A DNA stretch of 64,000 nucleotides, from the NCBI GenBank assembly GCA_051294375.1, contig CM119265.1, positions 19,767,642 to 19,831,641 on the forward strand, in the 5' to 3' direction. Positions 1-34,500 of the stretch are shown piece by piece. This stretch comes from Paraspadella gotoi (taxonomy: Eukaryota > Animalia > Chaetognatha). Below the pieces are notes generated by a model. The model did not search any database. It worked only from the letters and a program-made list of their open reading frames with translations, and was not told the DNA's origin. Each line of letters opens with the position of its first letter. Position 1 is the stretch's first letter. Made by a program: the position numbers and the translations under genes.

Positions 1-1429
1 AGCGAAGAAGGAAAGGGAGGAAGAGGAAGGAAAGGGAGGAAGAGGAAGGAAAGGGAGGAGAGGAAAGAAAGGGAGGAAGAGGAAGGAAAGGAAGGAGAGG
101 AAGGAAAGTGAGGAAGAAAATGGGGATGAATCATGAAGAGGTAATAGTGAGAAATATGTGTCGAAAAGAAAGAAAATAGAAAAAATCTACATAATATTAT
201 TAAATATAAAGTAAGAAGTCAAGAATTTAAATACAAATTCCGTAAAAAGGCGAAAAAAAACTAATAAATTAAAATTGTTTTTCTATTGCAATATCAAATA
301 AAATACAATATATATAAATTTTCATATAAAAATCTTCAGAAGGAAAGGGAACCGATATGAAATACATAAACATAAGATGGCGGAAACGAAAACGAAAAAA
401 AATAAATAAATAAACGAGAAAATAAGCGGAAAATAGAAATAGTGGAAAACCAATGATGGAAGGAAAGGGAAAGGAAAAGAAGGAAAAGAAAAGCAAAAAA
501 AGGGGAAATAAAGGAAAAAATGAGGAAATATCGGCGACATCAGAGGAAAGTCACAAATTTCCTCGGCACGATTCGATCGGAACTTGGACGGGAGTTGGGT
601 GAAAGTTGGGTGAGTAAGTTAGGTACTGGGTGTGTGGTTGCTGGGTGATGAGGGGAGAACGGAATCAACGGCAGTTGACGGGGACTAGGTCTGGCAGGTG
701 GAGGTGTTCTATCGTCCTGCAGATCTTTCAGGTTGGTTACATTGAGGTAAAGTTTGGTTAAACGGTGATTAAAATAGGAGAGATTGATAACGCTCCTTCG
801 AAGAGCTTTGACAGATAACGGGGTTGGAGCGATTGTTCTAAGGTGTGACAAAGGTGGAAAGGACAAGTTAGCAAAAGCGCAAAGTTGGCATAAAGAGGAC
901 AACGACGACGACGAAGCCCGGCTCCGACTTTGCTCGTTCGTCCGACCAAAGAAAAAGACATTTCTGTCGCTCACTCTCTCTTTTCTCTCTCTCTCTCTCT
1001 CTCTCTAAAAAAAAAATAGGGAGAGATAAATGTTTGACACTCGTCGGTTTGCGTCCGAAACCTCTCACGCGAACGAGCGATATCATTTCTCAAAATCTCG
1101 TTTGACCTTTCTTCACTGTTCCGGAACGCTCGCTCGCTCTCCCTCTTTTCTTTCTATTTTTCCGGCACAGACCGTGGTGGTCTGTGTCCTGTCTGACTCC
1201 TTCATCTCGCTCTCCCCTCTTCTCACTTCGTCTCCCTCTCATCTCTTCCGTCGTCTCTCTCTCTCTCTTGCTCTCTCTCTCTCTCTCATCTCTCTCTCTC
1301 CTAACTCCTTCCTCCTCTCTCTCTCTCACCTCCTCTCTCCTTCAAAGGCGGGAACCGAAAGACGTGAAGTGAGAAAAGAGAAAATCCTTTTGCCTTTCGA
1401 TCCATTTGGTTGACGACGTTTTTTGGACT

Positions 1430-1545
1430 CTCGAGTCTTGAGTTTTGAGTCTTGAGTTTTGAGTCTTGAGTTTTGAGTCTTGAGGATTGGGCATTGAATC
1501 TTGAAACTTGAATTTTGGATCTTGATTCTTGAGTCTTTATTCTTG
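1430..1545. repeat. 7/14-bp minisatellite (TTGAGTC/TTGAGTT)n
   Basis: Direct tandem units visible. Confidence 0.8.
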
Positions 1546-2018
1546 ATTTCTCACCGTCGATGATTAGTAAAATTACGAAAAACGATTTTATTCTTGTACG
1601 ACTACATGACAAGACAGCGTAAAATATAATTCTACTTTATGTCCCGTTCTCACAAAAAAATCAAATTGTTGTTTCCAATGAATTAACGCTTTCATCTTAC
1701 ACAATTTATTTTGGTTTTTTCTTGCGACATTATAGTAAATCTGTAAAACAAACATAAAAAAAAAACGTTAAAACGGTTGCGATCAACTTAAGGCTCATTT
1801 TAGACGTCTTTATATCATCATCATCATCATCGTCGTCGTCGTCGTCGTCCTGGACTTCTTCGTCATCGTCGTCGGCATCATTTCCACAAAAAAAACTACA
1901 ATTATTACAAAAAAACGACTGCTTAATAATAATAAATAATAATAATAATGATAATAAAAGTACGTACAGTAATCCAATCCCTCCCTACCCCCCCCTTTCC
2001 CTCCCCCCTCCCCCGCAG

Positions 2019-24577
<22,559 letters not shown>

Positions 24578-27500
24578 NNNNNNNNNNNNNNNNNNNNNNN
24601 NNNNNNNNNNNNNNNNNNNNNNNNNNNNNNNNNNNNNNNNNNNNNNNNNNNNNNNNNNNNNNNNNNNNNNNNNNNNNNNNNNNNNNNNNNNNNNNNNNNN
24701 NNNNNNNNNNNNNNNNNNNNNNNNNNNNNNNNNNNNNNNNNNNNNNNNNNNNNNNNNNNNNNNNNNNNNNNNNNNNNNNNNNNNNNNNNNNNNNNNNNNN
24801 NNNNNNNNNNNNNNNNNNNNNNNNNNNNNNNNNNNNNNNNNNNNNNNNNNNNNNNNNNNNNNNNNNNNNNNNNNNNNNNNNNNNNNNNNNNNNNNNNNNN
24901 NNNNNNNNNNNNNNNNNNNNNNNNNNNNNNNNNNNNNNNNNNNNNNNNNNNNNNNNNNNNNNNNNNNNNNNNNNNNNNNNNNNNNNNNNNNNNNNNNNNN
25001 NNNNNNNNNNNNNNNNNNNNNNNNNNNNNNNNNNNNNNNNNNNNNNNNNNNNNNNNNNNNNNNNNNNNNNNNNNNNNNNNATAAAAGCTGTGCTTACAAA
25101 ACAAACAAACAAAAAAAACCGCCAAAATTGATTTTCAAAGGAGGATGACGGTGCTATCTTCATATCAATCTTTTTTTTTTTTTCCTCTCGCTCTTTTTAC
25201 GTTTTCCGTAACATAAAGAAACGTCAGTACTAAATTTAATCAATGTTATTTCGTAATATTTAATTTTTCTATGTTGTTTTTTTTTTTTTTTTATTTGTCT
25301 TTCATACGTACTTTGTTTACATGAATCGAACAGCGTCTTAGAAAATTTGTTTTCAGGATAACTAAAAATTACAAATTACAAATCTTAAAATTTATTTAAA
25401 TAATTGAATTTTCCTTTCAAGTAAACAAAAATTCATCTCTTTATTGTTTTTAGGCCAAATTCACATTTTACATAAACCATCCTTGACTTAGGAAGGAGGC
25501 AAAAAAAAAAANNNNNNNNNNNNNNNNNNNNNNNNNNNNNNNNNNNNNNNNNNNNNNNNNNNNNNNNNNNNNNNNNNNNNNNNNNNNNNNNNNNNNNNNN
25601 NNNNNNNNNNNNNNNNNNNNNNNNNNNNNNNNNNNNNNNNNNNNNNNNNNNNNNNNNNNNNNNNNNNNNNNNNNNNNNNNNNNNNNNNNNNNNNNNNNNN
25701 NNNNNNNNNNNNNNNNNNNNNNNNNNNNNNNNNNNNNNNNNNNNNNNNNNNNNNNNNNNNNNNNNNNNNNNNNNNNNNNNNNNNNNNNNNNNNNNNNNNN
25801 NNNNNNNNNNNNNNNNNNNNNNNNNNNNNNNNNNNNNNNNNNNNNNNNNNNNNNNNNNNNNNNNNNNNNNNNNNNNNNNNNNNNNNNNNNNNNNNNNNNN
25901 NNNNNNNNTAACATCATCATCATCATCATCATCAATCAGAAATCATCTTCATTTTTCCGCCTTCGATACATTTGTGCTATGTAATTTCATTTTCGCTTGT
26001 GTGTCACTTTTACTACCATCGCTATAACGTCATCGTCTTTGTCATGTTCATCATCATCATCGTCGTCGTCGTCGTCGTCGTCGTCACTTTTTTTTGCCTC
26101 CTCTCTTTTCGAGGCCGTGACTTTTCTTTCGAGTCAGTTGTTATTTTGTTATAATCAATTTTTTTTTATGTTTTACAACAAAATAACAATGAATACAAAC
26201 AAACTACACTGTAAAGGTACTCAGCACGAATACGCACCCCCTTAATCCGACTTCCATTCCAGAATGCCCCTCCCTCCGCCCATCTCTCTCTCTCTCTCTC
26301 TCTCTACTCTCTCTCTCTCTCTCTTTTTTCTTTGTCCCATTCTCTTCATATTTCCTAACAAAAAACAAAAAAATTCACCGAATTTGCAGCAATAAACTGA
26401 TCGAGAAAATCGTGGACGATATCAACTAATTTAACTGTAGTAATAACCTCATGACGCGTGCTTAAAACAAACTCTGTGAATTTGTGATCATTCTTTTTGG
26501 CGCCAATAATTTTTATATTGTTTTTTTAAACAAAAAAATTACTTTACAAAATAATCTGAGCGATTTTAACCCCATATTATTTCGATTTTTTTAACGAAAA
26601 AAAAAACACAGAAGCATTAATCAACACAATGTCACGTGTTAGTGAGCATAAAACTACAGTTATTCTGTTTTTCGAAAGGACAGGAAATGATTTTTTTTTT
26701 CGTGTGTTGTATTGTGGACGATGGACCGACTGACATTTGATTGCCTTACAATATCCTGTAACTGGTATCTTTTTCAAGATTTGAAGCGTCTGTTCGATCG
26801 ATTGATTTGCTTGATTGATTGCAAAAGGTAATGAATGGTTGATTGACTGATAAAACGTCTTGCAAGAGAAGCCAGTCTATTACTACTAGTCCTAAAATTC
26901 GTGAATTTTAGTGAGGCTAACTCGGGTTATAATAACTTTCGTGTCGTTTTTCCTTAACTTTTTTTGTCAAAAAAAGAAAATTCGTAATTAAATGAACTCT
27001 GCAAGTTGCGGCTGAAAAAAAATGTTTCAAAATTTATTTAAATCAAGAATTTGGATAAAATGAAACCAATCTTTCTTCGTATATTCCGTAGAGCAAAGAA
27101 ATGTTAAAAACATTCTACTTAAATTTCTTCTCCTGTTTAACGCTAATCCAAATCTGACGTTTTTTTTTTAAAAAAAGAAGAACAATAAATCCGTCTCATT
27201 GAAAATTAACTAGCGATTCATTGTTAAGACGTTTCATGTTTGGCTTATTTGGAAATAAACGCATTCTTGCATGTTACCAAACTTGAGTAGATTTTCTGAT
27301 AGCACCCGTTGAGCTCAGGAGAGTAGGGAAAGCGAGACATTACGATTACCTGTAACCGATTTCTCACCGCGATACTGGCAGTTTTACGATGTGTCTCCCT
27401 CTTTCAAAAACTAGGCCAAATCGCCAAGCGCAGGAACGCTTATTTCAAAAAATATCCAGCGGATTTTTTGGGTGACGATAATGTTTTTTCTTAGAAGATA

Positions 27501-27940
27501 AAATCGATTCGTTCTGTTAACCTAATTTAAAAATCAGAAACCACTAACTATAATACTACTACAGTTTTAAATCGACTTTAGCAAAATGCGAACATATTCT
27601 CTTCTCAATTTTTCAGCCCCCCCCCCTAGTTTTCCTTCATCGCAATTTCATGACTTCGAAGTTCGAAGGCGAGCAAGGAAGGATCCATTAAAATGATTAC
27701 ACGAAGTTATGGCGGACAAAGAATCTTTATCTATTCACATCATAAGGATACAGTATTTACGAGCTGTGAATAGAAGTGAGAAGAGGAGGAGGAGGAGGAG
27801 GAGAGAGAGGAGGAAGAGGAAGAAGAAGAAAAAGGCTTAAGGAAGAGGAGGAGGAAGAGGAGGGGGAAGGGCGGTTTTCTTTGATGCTTTTGTTCTTTCA
27901 TCTTCGCAGGATTTTCGACTCATCACATTTCGGGTTATAG

Positions 27941-27978
<38 letters not shown>

Positions 27979-28001
27979 CCTCATCTCTCCCTGCCCGTCT
28001 C

Positions 28002-28038
<37 letters not shown>

Positions 28039-28079
28039 AATTTTCCAGGTTTCCTCCACATTTTCAAATCGGCAAAACA

Positions 28080-28150
<71 letters not shown>

Positions 28151-28231
28151 TAGGTTCCTCCACATTTCAAATCGGCAAAATCAAAAAAAAAAAAAAAAAG
28201 ACAAAACAATCTGTGTTGGTTTTTCTCAGAA

Positions 28232-28460
28232 ATGTCGGGACCAACGAAGGGTCGTGTTTGGGTCGACACCTTTCAATCCGACACGAACCTTTCCTGGGCC
28301 GAGATTTTAGGGTCGCCTCGCCGCCCTCACCGCCATCGTCGCCTCACACCGCCCTCACGACCATCACGACCCGGGGGGGCTGTGATTCGGGGGCCGAGAG
28401 ATGCGATCAAAAGTGATCATCTCAGGGTCACACCCAAGGTCGATTCACAGTGGAGGGAAC
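28232..28460 (+). CDS. Possible small exon/ORF of unknown product (MSGPTKGRVWVDTFQSDTNLSWAEILGS...)
   Basis: ttttctcag two bases before an ATG; GC-rich open frame between (TC)n and (GA)n tracts; no recognised motif. Confidence 0.2.
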
Positions 28461-28496
28461 GTGGATTGAAGAAAAGAGAGAAAAAAAGAGAGAGAC

Positions 28497-28531
<35 letters not shown>

Positions 28532-28637
28532 CAGGAGAGATGACGAGGGAGAGAGCGTGGAGTGATGAACTGAGAAATTGACACGGGAGAGAGAGAGAGA
28601 GAGAGAGAGAAGATACGATAAGAAAGAAAATAATAGG

Positions 28638-28676
<39 letters not shown>

Positions 28677-31114
28677 ATACTGCAATCAAAACTCAATAAA
28701 AAATTAAACTGTTTAAGTATTTTTTTTTTAATCTTACCATAAGACGTGATTTTTGTTAGGAACGTTATTTAACGTCAATAGAAATAAAGCGACCGTCGCC
28801 CGTCGCTGCGTTTTTAAACGCGTCGTTTTAAATTTATCTTTTCATACATGAAATCACACGTATTTTAATACTATTGGGCAATTTGTCGTTACATTTAATC
28901 AAATTTAAGCTCAATCCATATTGATTTCATACAAGAAGCCTCCCGTAGCAACACGGATTATCTGAACTTAGTCCGTTTACTTGCCACACCTTATCTCTTT
29001 GAGCGTGCATTAAATAAAAATTATTTTAAACGTTAACATAAATTTGTCCACCGAGATGCTAAAAACCGTAGCTATTGGTGTGAGCAGAAATAATATGTTA
29101 CGTCTGTAGTATAATTGCTTTCAGTCTTGATAAGAAGAAATCGAAGTTAATTAATTCAACAGATAAGGATAAAATTGATTTTGTAAATTTCATTGTAAAG
29201 AATTTTATTTATAAGTTTATTTCAATCAAAAGTTTTTAAAGATAAGTAAAGCATTTTTTACATAATGAAGTAGGAAGTCGCTATATCGAAAGAAGACAGC
29301 GGTTTTTTATAAATATTATAAATCTCAAGTTTCGCTTTAATCTGACCTTATATTGTGGAGTAATCGTAGAAAACCCATCAAAATTTCACGCCTTTTTTTC
29401 CACATTTTCGCCTTTTACGATTTTCGCCGATTCTTACTTCCTCATATAATTCCGCCAGCTAATTTTTTTATTAAACGAGCGAGAGGAATATACAACTTTC
29501 TATTCTTTAATGAATTCCGAGTAGAAAAAAATAATAAGATATTGCAAAAATGTATTGTCTTGTAAAGCCTGTGAGAGTTTAATTTAAAAAAAAATAGATT
29601 CATTTCAATATTATAATATAACATCAAAGTTGAGAAGTTTAACGTCTTCCAGCTCCTTTTAGTAACTGTCCCTGTTCTCTAAAATAAAAAAAAATGTTTT
29701 TTTATTAGTGGTAAAGAAATTAAAATACTTTGGCTGTGAAAGAGTGACAAATACTTTGTAAAATTTTTCAAGCAGGCTTGTTAGGCCAAATAAGCAAAAA
29801 TTTCAGTCTCTTTATTTAAAAAAAATTAGGTTTTACTACAGTAAAATTAAGCTTTTTTTCTTCAGAATCATCTTTCTTCAGAATCAGGAAAAATAACTCA
29901 ATTTTAATTCTTTTTTTTTATAGTGTACTTAATTTTTAAATTTATCATAATTTTGACCTGGTACTTGCCCTGTAAAGAGGTTTTAATAAAAAGTATTTCA
30001 AAATTGTACCTTAAAAAGAAGCCCTGTCATTGTGGCTTCATTTTGGTACCATTTCCATCCACATACTCCTCTTTCCTCAAAAGATATTCAAGAAAATCAC
30101 TTTTTTCTCTCAACCTTCCTTTTAATTTCTTTTTAAATAAAAAAAATTACGATGAAAACTGGACCACTTCATTTAAACCTGATTGTTTGCCATCAAAAAC
30201 ATCATCAAATGAAAAAAGAAAACTTTGACGAGCCCTTGATATAATTGGCTACCAAAACCACAAGGTTTCAAATCGATTTTTTTACAGATATCTGTAGGAG
30301 CGAAACTCGTGCTAATCACCGAGGCCTTTCGCGGATCCATCAAAGACTCTTTTGAACTCATTAGAGACTCTTATCAATAAACGTTTCCGTTCTCATTATT
30401 ATGATTATTGATTGTTCATTCATTCGCTTCTATTTCAGACTTTTTAGCCCACCAACATATCTTGCCGTTAGTGCCTCAAGACGTTATGTTGTCGCAATTT
30501 TCCTTTTAATTAATATAGAAAATAAAAATTTCAAAAACAAGAGAAGTCAGTGCAAAAATGAGCAGGTGATTTAATCCTGCTTGTTTGATCTGAAAGCTGC
30601 AGTCAAATGCAGTCTAACTAATTTGACTAGCCGTCGAGACCCTGCAATATCGGAATCTCGCATTTCTCAGTCGATTTTCTGTAGTCAGATTCGAACGAAA
30701 ATCTTTATTGAAAAAATGTGGAATCTTTTTCTCGAGGGAAATCGACTACTAAATGAAGAGAGAAAAAATAAGAATCGCCAAGAAAAACTATTCACGTTTA
30801 GATTAGAATTGTTTATTGGTTTTTTTTAAATTCTGGTTTCATCCAATTAAATCTTCTTTATACAATTTGCATAATAAATTCATACGAGAGAAGCGTTTTT
30901 TGTTTTTCAATTCACAAAATACGTCTACATTTTCTCAACAGTAAAAATGTAATTATTATGTTGTTTGAACGGTTTGTATTTTTAAGATTACAAAGTTTCA
31001 TTCGAATCCTTTGCCTCAACTCTCGGGGATTCGGGAGATTTCAACAGAAGGCTCGTAGGGAATGCAATTCGTTTGCAAATCGGCGTAGGCTTAAGCCGAA
31101 TCGGCATAGACATC

Positions 31115-31557
31115 TTAAGCGGCATTTGCAGTGGCATCGGCATCTGTATCGGCTTTGGCAGTGGAGTTGACCGTATCGGCAGAGGCGTCAGACACAACTG
31201 CGTCGGCAGCTGCGGGGTCAGCAACAACCGCGTCGTCTGCTGCGGGGTCAGAAACAACCGACTCGGCAGCTGCGTCTTCAGTAACTACCGCGTCAGCAGC
31301 TGCTACGGCAACTGCTTTGGCAGCGGCGTCGAAATCACCGAAGACAGATTCGGCGACTTCCGATTTGCACTCGTCCGCGCCCTCGATCTCTGGCGCCGCT
31401 CCCGGACAAGGATCGCATTTAACAGCGCCGATTCCGGACGAGAAAGTTTTCGGCGGGCATTTGAGACAGGCGTCGGCTCCTACGGAGGCGGAGTAGCTGC
31501 CAGGCTGACAGGCGGAGCAGGTGGAGGGAACTCCCTTGACAGTCACCATGAATGATC
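31115..31557 (-). CDS. Toxin-like gene last exon: Cys-rich GCC2/GCC3 (ephrin-receptor-like) repeats and Ala/Asp-rich tail
   Basis: ttccag acceptor after the 71-nt intron 31558-31628; CSACQPGSYSASVGADACLKCPPKTFSSGIGAVKCDPCP. Confidence 0.85.
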
Positions 31558-34500
31558 CTGGAAATATTTAACGGAATTAACTCATTTAGTCTTCTAAACA
31601 TCTCGGTTTCCATGACAACCCCTTTCACCTTTGGAACATTTCTTCGTCCTCATCTCCAAACTCAATTCGCCCGTCGACATCCTCCCGAACTTGGAATAAA
31701 CGACGACGCGGAGACGAAACGCCGTGTCGGGCGGGAGGTGAGTCAGGGTGGCACTAAGAAGAGGATTGGCGTGCCGCTTCGGGACGCCGGGCAAAGTGGC
31801 GTCTTTCATATGGTTTCCCGTCGAATTTCCGAAGGTAACGTTGTGAATCTCGACGTTTTTTCCTTGTTCATTTTTCTTGTTTAAGGTTTGTATTTGAATT
31901 CTTGCCTGCTTTGCCTCGTTGTTGGCCCGGTCGTCTCCATCTTTTAAAAGCCAAACTCGATCTTTCAACTTGTTCACCTCCGTCTCATTCCCAGTTATAG
32001 TCTTATTATCGTCCGCCGCCTTTTGTATTTCATCTTTCGAGTCGCCCTTCTCTCCTTCACCGTTATCTTCGTTATAAGGAAAATAATTCGACAATGTTTT
32101 GTCAATGACTTCTTTGTTTTGTAAATCGTTCGATCCTTTGTTTTCTGTCTGAATATGAGTCAAACTAGATTCATTGTTTGTTTCCTTTCCCACGTCGATG
32201 CTCGATTCATTCATTGCTTCCTTTTTCTCGCGCAACTTTCTCGATAAGTATCCGAATCTGTTTCTTTTCAAAGTTCGACTCATCTTCATTTTATTTTTCG
32301 TCTCTTCATTCTCTCCATTTCTTTTCAGTCTTTTCCTCGATTCAAAGAAGACGCTCTCTTTATCGTTAACGTTAGTTTTTGAGTAGCGGTTTCGTAAGGA
32401 CGAGACGCTTCTCTTCCTTCTCGAACTCGAGCCTCTGGAAGCGACGCCTCTGGCAGACACAGAATGAGGCCTGTTCGGCTTGGAGCGTCGACGGGAATGA
32501 TGTTCGTTCCTTATCTGTTTCAACAGCTGCTTCGAGGCGACCCTGGCGGATTTGGTCAAGTACTTGACGAGACTTTCGTTGTCTTCCTCGTCTTCGTCGA
32601 CATCTTCGTCGCAGCTACCAACGTTGCATTCTTCCTCATCATTTCCATCGTTCTCAATGTCGCTTATCGTTTTGTTCTCATTGTCAACATCATTCTCGTT
32701 ATTTTCGTTGTCGTCTGTAACAAGAACAGCTGTTTCATTTGATTCATTATCTACTTCAGAATCGACTAAATCATCTTCATTGCCATCATTCTCATCGTCA
32801 ATAATCATTTCGTCATCGTCAATATTCATGTAATCCTCCTCCATATAAAGATCATTTGATTCATTATCTACTTCAGAATCGCCTGATGTATCTTCGCTGA
32901 CTTCGTCCTCATTGCAATCTGTCATTTCGTCTTCAGCTTTATTATTCTCGTTATTCTCAGTATCTTCGTTACTCTCATACGAATCAAAATCATTTAATTC
33001 ATTCGAATCATTCTCTATTTCAAACTTCTTGTCTTCGTTTACGTCTTCTTCGTTTTCGTCGTCATTTTCATAATCAACTTCATTGTTTGTGTCATCTTTA
33101 TCTTCACTTCCTTCTCCCACATCTTCATGGTCATCATATTCCTCTTCTTCTTCGTTTCTCTCCTCCTCTCCTTCTTCCTCTTCCTCGTATCCATCTTCTT
33201 TATCTTCCTCTTCTTCTTCGTTTCTTTCTTCCTCTCCTTCTTCCTCTTCCTCGTATCCATCTCTTTAATCTTCCCTCATTCTTCTTCATTATATATTATT
33301 ATTTATTATCCTTCTTCCTCTTCTCATGTATCATCTTACTTATCTTATAGCCTCTTCTTTCTTCGTTTCTCTCCTGCCTCTCCATTTATCCTTCCTCGTA
33401 TCATCTTCTTTATCTCCTCTTTCTTCTTCGTTTCTCTCCTCCTCATCCTTCTTCCTTCTCTTCCTCGTATCCATCTCTTCTTTATCTTCCTCTTCTTATT
33501 CGTTTTAAGTTATCTCCTCTCTCTTCTCCTCTCATTCATTATCTTTACGTATCCTTTTTTCATATCTTCTTTCTCTCCTCCTCTCCTTCTTCCTCTTCCT
33601 CGTATGCCATCTTTCGTCGCTACTTCCTCTTCTTCTTCGATTTCTCTCCTCCTCTCACTTCTTTCCATCTTCCTCGTATCCAATTTCTTGATTTTCTCAT
33701 ATTTCTTTTTCTCATCTCTATACTATCTCTCCTCCTCGTTACCTCTTATTTTTCCTCTTACTTCCTTTTCCTTTCTTCTTTCTCCTCGTTCATTCTTCTT
33801 ATCATCTTCTTTCATCTTCTATTTCGGTTTCTCCTCTCCTCTCCTTCTTCCTCTTCTCGTTCCATCTTCTTTATCTTCCTCTTCTTCTTCGTTTCTCTCC
33901 TCCTTCTCTTCTTCCTCTTCCTCGTATCCATCTTCTTTATCTTCCTCTTCTTCTTCGTTTCTCTCCTCCTCTCCTTCTTCCTCTTCCTCGTATCCATCTT
34001 CTTTATCTTCCTCTTCTTTTTTCTTCGTTTCTCTCCTCCCTCTTCTTCTTCCTCTTCCTCGTCTCCATCTTCTTTGTCCTTCTCTCCTTCCTCTCTTTCT
34101 CCGTTTCTCTCTTCCTCTCCTTCTTCCTCTTCCTCATCTCCATCTCCATTTTTATTTTCCACTCCGACTTTATTTCCAGTCAACGTCTTCTTTTCATATT
34201 TAGGTTCTTTATTTATTTCTCCTTCTTTTCCTTCTATTTCTCCCTCTATTTCTCCTTCATCCTCCTCAAACTTTCCCTCTTTCTTCACTTCCTCCGATGA
34301 AAACGAGTACGAGGCGGAGACGCAATTTCCCCTCGAACACTCCAACTCCTTCTCGCTTCGCCATTCTCCTCCGTCCTCCTCCTTCTCCCCAGGTGGCGCT
34401 TGCCTCCGCTTTCGAGAGACCTCCCTCTCCTCTCCTCCTTTCTCCTCCCTCTCTACCTCTTCCTCCCCCGCCTTCTCCGCTTCGCCCTCTTCCCTTCCTT

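Noticed and set aside
540-1010. Overlapping 67-144 aa ORFs on both strands
   Set aside because: No motif, no convincing splice context, and the frames are not preserved in the duplicate copy
31016-31117. Reassigned TAA codon (alternative genetic code)
   Set aside because: No in-frame TAA in any clean conserved exon of the three genes
33127-34203. 358-aa hydrophobic F/L/S-rich + strand ORF as a membrane protein
   Set aside because: It is the antisense shadow of the Glu-rich repeat of the toxin gene
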